DNA of 64,000 nucleotides from Lama guanicoe (lineage: Eukaryota). How positions within the stretch are numbered: position 1 is the first letter of the stretch; every line of letters starts with the position of its first letter. A program made the translations under genes and the position numbers. Shown in pieces: positions 37,201-49,400 of the stretch. Below the pieces are notes generated by a model, which saw only the letters and a program-made list of their open reading frames with translations, made no database searches and was not told the origin of the DNA. The stretch covers positions 3,330,866-3,394,865 of the forward strand of contig MU053379.1 of NCBI GenBank assembly GCA_013239625.1. The letters are read 5' to 3'.

Positions 37201-39684
37201 TCTGAAATAGTTTCCTCCCTAAAACTTTGCTCTGGATGTGACCAACTGCTTTATGATTTTTTAAGCTCATTGAGAAGACAATAAAACGTGTTTCTTAAAA
37301 CTTTTTAACAACGAACATTATATTATGTAAATTATGTAAGCAGACTCAGCCCTACTTATAGTCAGTGATCACCAGGCCATTTGAGACTGACTGCTGTCTC
37401 CTGGAGAAGATAAAACCCCAGAGTCAAGCTCGCAGCTCTGCAGCTGAAGCACGGAGTTCTGAGGCCCCCGAAGATGACACCCACGGCCCTGTGTGATGGT
37501 CACCTGCTAGAGTTAAGGGAAAGTTTATTTTCCGTTTGCCAATAAGTAATTCTCAGCTTGGGATACTGAAGGCAAGAATCTAGCACCTTTCCCCTTACTC
37601 TCTCATTAAAAAGTGTACCTTGCGCATTCACTTTAGCCTGGCATAGGATTGTCTCTTTTAAATTATATCCTAAGTTCTGTGTAACTGAAAGACGGGAAAG
37701 AAGCTTTCTTGGAAAGCAATTACTGTAAACTTGGCCAAAAAGAGTTCTATTTATTGTATGCTTATCTGTTGTTGGATAAAATACAATGCACCTCTTTCAA
37801 GGGCTGCTCACGCTTCTAGCGATTAGTTGTCATCCAGCAGGTTTGTCCTCTTGCGGGACTTTGCAGAAAACAAACAGATGGAAGGGCCCAGGCATTAGTG
37901 CCAGGCTGGTCCACAAATCCTGGGAGAGACTGGACACAGGCTGTCAGGCCGAGGCCCTCTGGCTGGATTATTTTGTAGAAAATCAAACAGAAGGCGTGAA
38001 AGAAATTGGGATCTTGAATCCTAAAATAGTGTTTTCATAACACATAGTCTTTAATCTTTAGCTTTATACAGTGTGTGAATTACTTGGGAGAGTTATTTTC
38101 AGCAAAAGATTGATGGATATTTTGCAGACAAAGTTTGATATCCCATGGGGAGATAACTGTTAGAAGTCCTCGACACAGACCAGCTCATCCTTCAGCCAGA
38201 CAAGCGCTGAGTTAATCTGGTGTCCACCCTAACTCCGTGGGGACAGTGCTTGTGGCCGTCTGTTGCTCACTCGTTGCCAAGCCCTGGAAGCCCCCAACTG
38301 GTGTGACACCAACATATAAAAACAGACCATGACAATAAGTGTGTCGTGAATTTCTCTAATCTTATTTTAATCGTGGCCTGTCAGTCAGCACAGCATCATG
38401 AAGTGTGTCTTCAGCACCTGTGGAATCCCACATCCGGTTACTGTTCTCGGCAGGCTCTTGGTTTAGTCGACAAGACTTGGCATCCAAGGGTAATGGCAGA
38501 GTGCAGGGTGTGGTCAACCTGGTGCTGGAGAAGCTCGGGACGGGAGGGGTAGGAGGGCCAGGAAGATGCCTGTGAAGGAGGCAGCCAGAAGCTCGCAGAC
38601 AGGCGGGAGGCCGGCTGGTCTGAGCGGGCCTGCCGTTTGATTGATCAGATTGGAAAAAATGGAGGTTCTGACTGGACGAGCGGGTGTGATTGAGCACTGC
38701 CCCCTGAGCCCCGCTGTGGTCCTGGGTGGCGTGGGGGTGCAGGTTCCGGCATCAGGGCTACCGTGTCCATCCGCAGTGATGAAACCACTAACCTGCTTTC
38801 TCGAATCGTCATTCCTAAGAATGGCACAGATGAAGTGCTCGTCCCTGCAGGGGGCTCCCCTGCGCCCCCACCACTAGGCGCACCAGTGCTTCCCCTGTCG
38901 CCTGCTGTCCTCGGGTTTGGGAGAGGTGCAGAAACGTCAGGCCCTGGCCCTTGCTCAGGGTTTGCCCCTGGTCTTTTGATATTTTCTTCCATAGCTTTTT
39001 AGAATCACGCTCTCCCCCAGACAGACCTTTTTTTAAAGGAAGTTACTGACCAGTCTCTTTGGAGGCTGTTGTGGCATGGTGACGGACCTAACCTGAAACA
39101 GCGGCCAGGTGGTTGCACTCCACCAGCCCCAGGTAGACTGCAGGTGGGTGATGAGGGCCACTTTCCACGCCTTCCTGTTCTTACCAAGAATAAAGAAAAA
39201 TGTATTGCTGTGGGATCTGAAAGGAGAAATAATAGTCATTTTTCTGCATTCAGAAACCTGTACTTCATTCAGCTAGCAGTTTTCCATTTCTTCACAGTGA
39301 TAATTTAAGTAAATTTCCTGTGAGTCAAAGAGATCTAACTTTGTTATGATTGACAATATAAAATTAGTCTTTTCTGCTGTTGAGATTATCTGGCGTTCCT
39401 ATCAGGTGCAGTGTGGAATGAGATTGCACAGCTGTGGATTTGAACATCATTAAAGTCTTCAAAGGGTTAAAAACTACTTCCTCTGATGGATTTGAAACTG
39501 CCACATCCACACAAGTTTTTCAAACTGCCCCATCTTTGTGGAGAAACAGTCTTTTCACTGCATTTTTATGTCTAGATTGTGTTACAGATATATGTCAGTA
39601 AGCCAGGAAGAACCACCATAGATTCTAGAAGCTGGCCATCTGCACTTAAATGGCCCCTCACACGGCACCTGTTTTATTTTACAG

Positions 39685-39798
39685 GCTCTGTGGTCACCGT
39701 GACACTCTGAGAGAAGACCTTGATGCCTACGGAGCAGCTGTCCTTCACCAGCTCCCGAGGCTCTCCCCTGGAGGTGGCAGCAGTGAAGGACATGACAG
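39685..39798 (+). CDS. KIZ: Candidate additional (cassette) KIZ coding exon, 114 nt, phase 2/2
   Basis: gttttattttacAG acceptor, CAG|GTACCA donor. Length is a multiple of 3 and it is open in exactly the frame set by the flanking exons: (E)LCGHRDTLREDLDAYGAAVLHQLPRLSPGGGSSEGHD(R). Not in the human protein as recalled. Confidence 0.65.
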
Positions 39799-40149
39799 GT
39801 ACCACTGCCACCAAGCTGCTCCTGGGGTGGGTGACGCTTCCTGTCCCCGAGGAGGGGCACAGAACCCCAGTCCGCACGGTCAGCACTGCGCGAGACTCGG
39901 GTAGCCGACCGTGTGACTGTTTTACAGACCTCACCGTCTGCTTCTTTGTGAATGTGTTTGTTTCTAATTGTTAATTGGATGTGTCCCTCCCAGTCCCAGC
40001 TCACAGTGGTGCTTTCAGGCGTACTCGAGGGGAGGGAACACGCGCTGGCGTTGTCTGGCGTGTGCGCATCTCAGTGAAACAGTAGAGCCGCCAGCTACAG
40101 GCAGGTCCAAACCTCGATGGGTCCTGAGTCTCCAGGGCCGTGCTGGTGA

Positions 40150-40330
40150 TACAGGCCCCCAGGTATGTTCCTGGGCCGACCGCATGCACAAGCCCTGGGA
40201 GCCTGCTAGGAGTGCGTGTTCTCAGGGCCCACCCCAGGTCCACTGGATCAGGAATCTGGAGGTGGGGCCCTGCCATCTGGGTTTGAGTGAGTGGGTGAGG
40301 GGACTCTGTTCCCTCAAGTTTGAGAGCACT
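40150..40330. mobile_element. MER5A-like hAT-Charlie MITE remnant
   Basis: cctgggagcctgctag...gggccccaccccagg...atcaggaatctggaggtggggccc...atctgggttt...caagtttgagagcactg. Confidence 0.6.
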
Positions 40331-43065
40331 GCTCCAAGGATGCGCTGTGACTGCTAGAAAGCTGGGCCGCTGTGGGGGGCGTCGGGTGGGGGGCTGAGTT
40401 GTGTGCAGGATCGTTGGCTTATATGATCCAAGGTTCTTGTACGTCTGCTTCAGTCAGTCAGAAATGTATACCATCCGGCCATCTTTTCAGCCGTCTGGGT
40501 TTCTTCTCATGGCCTCAGAAGCTTTGTGGCATCTCTGTAGGCTTGAATACATGAAGTTACAGATGTGTAACGTGTATAATGGTTTGCCCAGGGCTGGTGT
40601 CCGGTGCCAGATTCGCGGTGTGTGAATGTTACCAGTGTCCTCACCCTGATTTTTATTTGGAGGACTGCATACATTTCCTCTTATAAAATACACCCCCGCC
40701 CTTTCCTAGCAGAGGACAGATTCCTGCTCAGGTGTGGCCGGCAGGGCAGCGTCTGTGAGAGCCCTTCTGAGAGAGCGAGGGGGCCTGGGTCTGGTGGTCC
40801 CGCGTCCAGCATTGCTCTCTGTCTTCCGCGAGCCCCACAGGCCCCTACGTGAGCGCTGGAAACAGGGAGGAGGACGTGATCTTCTATGTGTTGGTCCATC
40901 AAGGCATGAGGGGAAGTCAGGGTAGCGTCTCCAGAAGGACCTTGTCACGTGGCCCTGTTCTGCAGGCCACACGTGGGTGTCACGAGTCTGGAATGTGTTT
41001 GCACTGCCTTCTGCGTTGTCCTCCGGCCTCCAAACTACAGAGAATGCTGGAAGCGACCTTCCTGGTCAGCACTTCTTCAACTTAGAGCGGTGCAGGGCAG
41101 TGCACGGAGATCCTTGTGCACGTTCTTATCCTGTGAAATGAAAAACGGCAGCCTTAAATGCTCCTTTACGTGGGGGTGGAAGAGACTGTCTGGGGAGGGA
41201 TCTTTCTGGTTGTTCAGTGGCCACGGTGGGGCTCTGTAACCCACCCCCGCTGCTTTCTCACTGCCTTTTGTCTGCTGATATACTGTTTGGCATAAACCAC
41301 AGTTGTGGTACGTGGCGTAAAAAGCGTATATGCATGTATAATTCTCTTTGCAGACTGACTTGTTAGACCTAATGATTCATTGTGTGACTCTCTTAACCTG
41401 GGCTGCCAGACTGACTTGGGTGACAAGACATGAAAGCCACATCTACTAGACGAACGTTTGTTACGTTTCTCAACATGCATAATAGAGCGCTGATTTCCAT
41501 CGTGAGAGGCTGCATTTTACATGACCATTGATCTACAGTTCTGTGTAAATCAGCCTTCCCCAAGAAATGATCCTTCTTTACGACCAACACAAATTTTAAA
41601 ATTAATATCTGGAGCCTTCAGAACTGTTTCTTTGCCACAGTCATTTTTTAAAGCCAGATAACAAGTCAGGAATGCTTGCTAACGTCACTGTTATGTGCTG
41701 CCACAATTAGAGTCACCCTGTGTGTCATGACTGGGGATGTGGTTTATGCACACTGATTGTCCCTGGGTCACTCTCTAGCCTCAGAAATAGTGCCAAGTGT
41801 CTCCATGACCTGTGAGAGCAAGCTATCAGGTGGTAAATGCGGCCTCTTTCTAGCAGGTGTCAGTCATGCGTCGCTCTCCCCCTCCAGTGCCTCTCGGCAC
41901 TTGGGACTTACTGCTGGGTGTTCCCCTACGTGAAATATTTCTGGCTGCTTTGTGATGTCTCTTGGACTGAAGCAGTCAGCTGGTCATTCCAGAAACACAG
42001 ACTTGAAGAGAATGACCTACTTCCATTCCTTAATTGTTAATGATGTTGGTGTCACAGAATTCTAAGCCAGGCAGAATGCACAGGCTCCAGAGAGCTGGGA
42101 CTCTCACTAACAGCCTGTGCACAGAGCCGTCCGTGTTGGGTGTGGCAATGGCCCTGCTTGTGCCCCCAGCCACGTGTTGGCAGTCAGCATCTTCTCTAAT
42201 CCCATCTGTGAAATGGGACACCTGTCCTGCAGCATACTCTGAGAGACAGTGTGGAGACTTCTGAATTCTAAGTCGCAAGATGAAGCATCTTAAAAGGAAA
42301 AACAAAACCACTGCTATCATCCTATTATTGATTTTCACTAGGTTAAGGATTTTAAAAATGTGTTCATTATTACCTCCTGGAAAGTGTATTTTACCATAAA
42401 AGTGATTACTTACTAAGTTACTTTTTCTTATGTGGAAACCATAGTGAGACTCCCCAGGACTTTGTTTTTCCCAAGTGCAACTAATTGTCTCTGTCAGGGA
42501 TTACTTTCAGATGCAGTCACCCAATTGTGCCGCAATGTAAAGCTGAAAAACTGAGTGAGCTTTATAGTGTTTGGAGAACAGTATGTAGAAATCTCTTTAT
42601 TTTATTCCGCTTGTGTTTAGAATGAAATTCAAGGTATTTATTACTTTGCGTTTAAAACTTTGGTCAAATTACCAATCTGTTGTTAATCAGTTGCAGTTAG
42701 GAAGTGTTGGAATATTTGCTTAAATTGCAGTTTTCTGATTGGAAGCCATTCCAGGTATGTGAAATTAATTATAGACTATTTAAAGCCTATTGTTTTGTTT
42801 ACTTTTAATTGGAGGAGTATATTATTGAGCTGACGTCACGCTTTGTTTTCTTCTGTGTGGCATTGATAATTAAGAAGTTTCCAATGTAAAGTGTAAAAAA
42901 GAGGAAAAAACTCCTTTAAGTCCTTTGCACCACTCTGCAGACTTTCTGACTTGGTGTGTTTGTGTCGAACCGGGGCGGGACTCCACGCAAGGCCAGGCGT
43001 GGCCTGTGCCCTCCTTGTTGCTAAGTGTCGGCTTAGCTGTTCAGAAGTCACAGATTCTAACATTC

Positions 43066-43190
43066 TTTTTGTTTTGTTTGGGAGGGGTAATATGTTTACT
43101 TATGTACTTGTTTAATGGAGGTGCTGGGGACTGAACCCATGACCTCGTGCCTGCTCAGCATGTGCTCCACCTCTGAGCTCCACCCTCCCC
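43066..43190 (-). mobile_element. Camelid tRNA-derived SINE (Vic-1-like)
   Basis: Reverse complement reads GGGGAGGGTGGAGCTCAGAGGTGGAGCACATGCTGAGCAGGCACGAGGTCATGGGTTCAGTCCCCAGCACCTCCATTAAACAA, with A/B boxes and an A-rich tail. Confidence 0.85.
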
Positions 43191-43659
43191 CCCCACACCC
43201 CCTCCACCCCCCTCACCCTCCCTGGTTCTAGATTCTGGATATTCTTCCTCCTCCAAAAGCTCATGTGCTTTTTGACCCCACGCAAGCCAGTTAAAGGGTT
43301 TTGTCCTTTTGTGAAGCAAGTATAATAATTTTAGGAACCTTAGCTGATTCTTCCATGCCAGGACCCAAACCGTGGTCACAGTTGGCGGAGGTATCAGTAA
43401 CCAGAGTCTCGCCTCAACTTTCTGCAGAAATCACATGTATCCATCACCAGAGAGACTGGTCTCTGATAATTCAGTCCATCCCAACTAATTTAACTCATCG
43501 CTTTCAAGTTTAATTCATCCTAACTAAAAACATGTTTTCAGGCTCGAAACCCAATTGATTAACTCATTGTGAGGAACATATCTGCTGACTGGACTAGAAT
43601 TTGCTGATGGCCTGTGAGCGCGTTTTCCTAGCCGAGAACTCTGTTGCAAAACTGCGTAT

Positions 43660-43766
43660 GGGGGTGGGGAATAGCTCAGTGGTGGAGCCCCTGCTTAGCA
43701 TGCACAAGGTCCTGGATTCAGTCCCCAATGCCTCCATTTAAAAACAGAAACAAAAACAAGTACAAA
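43660..43766 (+). mobile_element. Camelid tRNA-derived SINE (Vic-1-like)
   Basis: ggggtggggaatagctcagtggtggagcccctgcttagcatgcacaaggtcctggattcagtccccaatgcctccattt followed by an A-rich tail. Confidence 0.85.
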
Positions 43767-44059
43767 TGCAAAGGTTGCTTCATTCACATAGAATCAGAAC
43801 AAAGGAGTCGGGTGGCTTTATACATCGGTGAAGTCTAGATGTCTCCAGGAAAGGCATGTCCCTGAAGGGGCTTTCTGCCAAACCAGCTGGAACCTTAGGA
43901 TCCTTCTGGGAAGTTTTAAAGTAACTTCAGGGGTTCCAGTGATGAACCCCACTGTCATCACATCTCGGGAAAAACCAGGGTTAGGTCAGGCAAAGGTTGT
44001 AACAATTAAGACTTATTAAAGGAGGTTCTGAATTGTACCTGGACTTTTTCCCCAACACT

Positions 44060-45700
44060 TCCCCAACATTTTATTATGAAAATTTCCAGACATACATACA
44101 GGAAAGTGAAAAGAACTGTACATCCACATACTCAGCACTAAGATTCCACTGTTGACATTTGATCACACTCCCAAATCTGTCTCTCCCCTGCCCACCCATC
44201 TGTCAGTTCCAGCCTTTTATTCCAATGCATTCCCAAGTAAGTTGCAGATATTAATACACTGGTTTTTTCACTTGTACTTTGAAATGTTTAAACATCCACA
44301 AAAGCAGATCGAATAATGCAGTGAAGCCCCATGTACCCCCACCCGCATCCACCAGTTGTCAGCAGTTTGCGGGTCTTGTTTGATCTCTTTCCATCACCCA
44401 CGTTTTTTTCTTGAGTAGTTTAAAACAGACAGCTTTCTTCACTCAGAAATACTTCTATCTCTAACGTACAAGGATTTAATACTTTACCATTTAACAAAAT
44501 TCTTTATTACCTAGTGCTTGTTAGTTTGCCTTGATTGTAGCAAAAAAAAAGTCCTGCATTTGCTGTGTTTGGCTCAGGATGCAATCAATGTTCCCTGTAA
44601 ACTGGCCGTTAGGTCCGGATACAGGATGACATTCCAAGCCAGTATTTTGGCAAAACAACATCACAGGCCTTGACTCCTCATCCCACCTCCTCGGGCAGCA
44701 CGTGTCCGATCGTCCTGTTGTTCCTGCTGCCCGGACCCGTCCGTGGACTCAAGCGCTGGCCGACTGGTGCCTCTGGCACAGAGCTCGGCAGCACGCAGGT
44801 TTCTCAGGAGCGTGATCCTTTCCTAGGTGTGGTCCTTAATTTGCACTTGCACCATGGTGACTTTTCTAACTCAGTCATTTCTTCTGCATTGATTAGTTGG
44901 AAGAACTTTCCCCATCAACTGCTTGGTAACTCTGAAGTTTATTTTTTAACCACAAAGGCAGGATAAATGCTTGATTATATCCCTTTACTTAACCAGTTTC
45001 CAGAATAACGACCTGTTACCTGAGTGGCTTCCACAGGCTGGCTGGTTTGTTTATATTTTTAACTGTGGTAAAAGCACAGAGCTTGCCACCTAAACCACTT
45101 TGAAGTGTGCTGCTAAGTAGTGTTAACTGCATTTCCATGGTTGTGCAACAGATCCACAGAACCTTTCCGTCTGAGGAAACTGAAACTCTGTACCCATTAA
45201 ACAAAACGCTCCCCTTCGCCCTCCTCCCAGCTCCTTGCGCTCACTGTTCTGCCGGACAGCTGCGGAGTCGTGTGGCCGTGGACTGCTGCCATATTTGCCT
45301 CCTTGTGACTGGCTTTTCTCACTTAGCACAATGTCCTAAAGATTCGTCTGTGTTGTAGCATGTGACAAGGTTTCCTTCCTTTTTAAGGCTGAATCCAAAG
45401 GTTTTCATTATTTTTTACAATTTATTTATGTATTTAATTTTTAAAAGAGCTCATGTATTTTTATATATTTGCTGTGTTTCAGTCCATTGCAGTCATTATT
45501 CCTTTGGTGCTCAAATTGTCCTGTCTTTGGCCAATGGGATCCCCTTCAAGGTAGCCCTAGGGCCTTTGCACACAACTCAGTCATCTTTGAATGCTTCCTT
45601 CCTTTTTGCAGGGACGGGGTGTCTGGGCTCATCCTGTGCATTTGCTGCCCCAGACCCAGAAGAGGGCATTTTTCTAAGCGGCCCTGATCCCTTTTAGTGT
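44060..45700 (-). mobile_element. Ancient L1 (L1MC/ME-like) 3' remnants with a nested L1MB-like 3' end at about 45055-45395
   Basis: aacattttattatgaaaatttccagacatac start; the nested piece has gaaactgaaactctgtacccattaaaca...ttctcacttagcacaatgtcc...ttccttcctttttaaggctgaat. Confidence 0.65.
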
Positions 45701-46264
45701 CTGAATATCATAGTCCAGGCAGCAGCGTAGGCTCACTTTCTAGCTCTCCTAATGATGTCTTAATTTAAAAACTGTGGCAAGCGGCCCAAGGTAAGAGTGC
45801 AACAGGAGAAACCATAGCTGAGATGGAAGTGGCGTCCATTTCTTTTAAGCACATCTGAGAGGAGCCTGGCCACCTCGGCGGTGATCTGTGGCCACAGCCA
45901 CGCATCAGGCCACACTGTGAGCTTAAAAGACATCAGCTGCCGAGCTGCACCACACGCCACCTGGGCTAGATGGTAGCAGCGCCACAAAATACCTGGATCC
46001 TGGTGTGGATCCAGTGTGGTGATGGAGTTAAGAATGCTTGCTAGCAAAGAAATCGTAATGAAAATAAAATAAAAGTTACCAAAAGAAAAAGAAAAAGAAA
46101 CATGGACTCTGGAAACTCCCTTAGCCCAGCATACATTAGGTTCTAGACTTTGCTGGGTAAGCTGTCTCCTACTAACTTGATTATGGGGCCTTTGAAAACG
46201 CGGGGCTCTCATCAGTAACCCAACGCCACAAATCCCTAATGTGTCCTCTGCTCCTGTTTTGTAG

Positions 46265-46412
46265 GTCTGAACGAGTGCCAGCCTCAGGCTTGCCGAGGGC
46301 AGGACTGGGTCAGCATGCTGCCACCTTGAAAGGGCACGACAGTTCTCTCCAGGAAGGGGCCACTCAGCTCTCTGAAGCTTTCCCAGTCAGAAGCATGGAC
46401 CAGAGGACAAGG
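46265..46412 (+). CDS. KIZ: KIZ coding exon (about human exon 7, with longer 3' end), 148 nt, phase 2/0
   Basis: ctcctgttttgtAG acceptor. SERVPASGLPRAGLGQHAATLKGHDSSLQEG resembles recalled human PGQTPDSDVPRAQVGQHVATLKEHDNSVKEE. Best in-phase donor is AGG|GTTAGC at 46413. The 3' boundary is less certain than the 5'. Confidence 0.85.
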
Positions 46413-49400
46413 GTTAGCAGTTCTGTTTTGTTTTTAATAAGTTTCAGCATGTACAAGTTAGTCATTTGAGGAAATAAATTATGTTCTTAACGATGATTAA
46501 CATATTTTTAAGAAATGGTAAGTTATAAGTGAGGTTTTGTGGTTTGTTTATTTGTGTGAACTCTCTGATCTTTTGCTCAGTGTTTTGTGTAGGAGTCTCA
46601 AGTCCTCACATAAAGTTAATTCCAGTCCTGGAGGTAACCCAGTTAAACATACCTACTGCAGCATTTTCCCAAGGAACTTAGAAGCTTCTTTTAAAATTCT
46701 GGTTTTCTTTCTCTTTCCTTTAAAAATGCTGCCTGGTCATTTATGCCAACTCGGCAAATATGTATTGACCGTCTCTGTCCATAGGCATCAGCCCAGACCC
46801 ATTAGAGGGAAAGACAGAAGTAAAATGCAGCCCCTCCTTTCAGGGAAGGAGAGCATGGCTGGGGATGTGGACCCTCTGAGAAGGGAGCAGGCTGATGGAG
46901 AAGCAGTGACGGCAGACTTCGTGTCTGAGGGAGTGGAGGGCAATGTGGAGCGACCTTTAAAAGACAGGTTGCTGACGGACAAGGGCTGTTAGGAGCCAAA
47001 GAACAGACGAGGAAAGCCAGCACTTTTCCGGGAGAAGGAGTTGTTCTCTGTGGTGAAGAGTGGACGGCAGTCTGGGGACGGGGACGAGAAAGGGCAGGGC
47101 AGCCCCAGGCGCACCGGGCAGGGCTGGCCCAGGCTGAGGGGCTGGTGCTCGGCTGAGAGGAGTGTGGAAGGTCACGCAGCTCTCCGAGCTGGGCTGTGGG
47201 GGGGCCCTGCAGGGCCTCCGGGAATGCCGCCGCCTGGACTGGGAGGGGATGGTGGAGGAGGGGCCTGATGCGGCTCAGACTTGGAGCCCAGGGAGAGACT
47301 GGGTAGATTCCCAAGGAGATGGGAGGGGAGGACCCAGAGCCCAGGTTCCCCGCATCCTGGTCTCCGTTGTTCCCTGGAAAACCATGTTCAGAAACTTGGC
47401 CTTCCTTCCCCCAAGTTTAATGTCCTGTAGTTTGTCTTGTTTCAAAGTATGTTCTTTCATCCTTGTACATAATGTAGGGCTTTCCGGCTTTCATCTTTTA
47501 AAGTTTTTATTTTTATCACATGCGAAGTTCAAGGATCCTACGTATGCGCCTCCTGGAGGCAGACCATGTCACCTGTCCCAAAGCCACAGCCCCTGTCGCT
47601 GTGCAGTCCAGACCCGCTGCCATCATGCTCCAGCCTCTCAGAGCACCTCCAGCCCCCCAGTGCCCCCCTCACCCCTTTAATTAAAAGAGAGTAGAAGGAC
47701 TTTAAAGCATTCCAAACATACGTACATGGGGGGATGCAGTGAACTCACCAACCCACATTCGCATGTGGATACCCCTGTACCCTGTTGTTTCAGACCCCCT
47801 CTCCTCTTCCTCCTCCCGAGTTCCCCCTTCTGCAGTGATGACTGCAGGTATAGATCCAGCCCTGTGTGCCCTGCGCAGACCTGCCCTTTTCAGATACAAC
47901 CTTGTGCGCATCCTTCCTGCACGTTTTCCTTCTCCTGGCTTACTTTATGTGCGCTGCAAGAAGTAACTCATGGTTTGGTTTGGTTTGGTTTGGTTTCAGT
48001 GTAATACCTTTTGTGTGAATGTTCTTCACGAAAGAACGGTGTTCTTTAGGAAGAACAGAGGCTTTTCGATTCATTCCATATCTACTGATAAATGTAGATG
48101 TTTAGAAGGATTTTGTTTTCAGGTTTTATTACCCATTGTATTTTAGTACTATTCTGAAACAGCGTCATTTTCTGTTCTTATTTGCTGCAAATACATCACA
48201 TTTCAGCCATGTCAGTGGTGAAATAAGTATTGGTCCTTTGCCATCAAATCATCTTAAAAGAAAAAAGATGGTGTTTATGTTAGAAAACTTATTCTAAGTT
48301 CCAGACAACCAATTCACTCATAATTTTTCCAGTAATAGCTCTGTTACTAATGGGAAGGGACTGTCCAATTAATAAATTAAGTATCAAATGATATTCTGCC
48401 TCCCCTAGTGGGTTTTTTGTTCCTTTTTAAATCATCATCTTAGTGACAACCATAAAAATTACCAGTAAATGAGTGACAAAATCCATCCTTGTAAGTAGAA
48501 GTCAGCAGGTGGTTTCTCAGATTGTTGGGCTGTAGCTGAAGAAACGCACAGCCCTGAAGAGCAGCGCTCCCGGCGTGCTGTGGGCAGGATGGGGCTGGCA
48601 GACACGAACACAGAATGGTGCTGCCGGCTCAGGACGGCTGCGACTCAGGAGTCATCTTTCTGTGATTAGCACAGTCACATGTCTTCAAGTTGTTTCCCTC
48701 ATGGAACAATATATATATTTGGTAAATAGTATGGGTTAAATATTTCTTTGTAGATAAAAATCTTAAAAGTAAGAGATTTTCAGAATTTAAGGAAGCTCTA
48801 CTAGAAATCACTTGGTTGAGACTTTAATGAAGCTCAGGAGTATTTACTGTGATCTCTTGGGTAAATGGCTAATTAAACAGCTGCATGTAAATGATGTTTA
48901 CCTGTGGGCCCCTTGCTGTCTGCTGCAGTCAGTCCCGTCTCTTGAGTAAATACATCAATAAAGCCTCCAACACCCGGATTATGTCCCCTGGAGACCAGAT
49001 AAGAGCTGCAGCACCCGCCTCACCTATTAGGCCGTTAAGTAACTGAGCCGCCCACTTTTAAATCAGAAAAATTTGTTATTACTTTGGGAAAAAAAAAGTG
49101 AGTTGGATGCTTCATTAAAATACAAAGTATGTTAATACTGCTTTTCTCCTAAGTGCTGTCTGCTTCCACCCAGGGGACCTCCTGCAGGCAAAGCGGAGCA
49201 GCCCCTCCACCCCTCCCTAAGTGAGGGCTGCTGCTTCATTCTTACCTCCTGAGTTCCTGCTCGCTGGCTCACATGAATGCCTCCCCGTTCCTTCAGTTGC
49301 TACACAGATGAAATCTCCTTCCTCTCTTACAATTCAGATAGAACCTAAGTGATGATGCGTGTGTTTCTCTGTTAAACTGGAAGATGACGTCCGGTGTGCA

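Noticed and set aside
43660..43735. tRNA gene
   Set aside because: tRNA-like head with an altered B box followed by an A-rich tail, with sister copies nearby: a SINE, not a tRNA.
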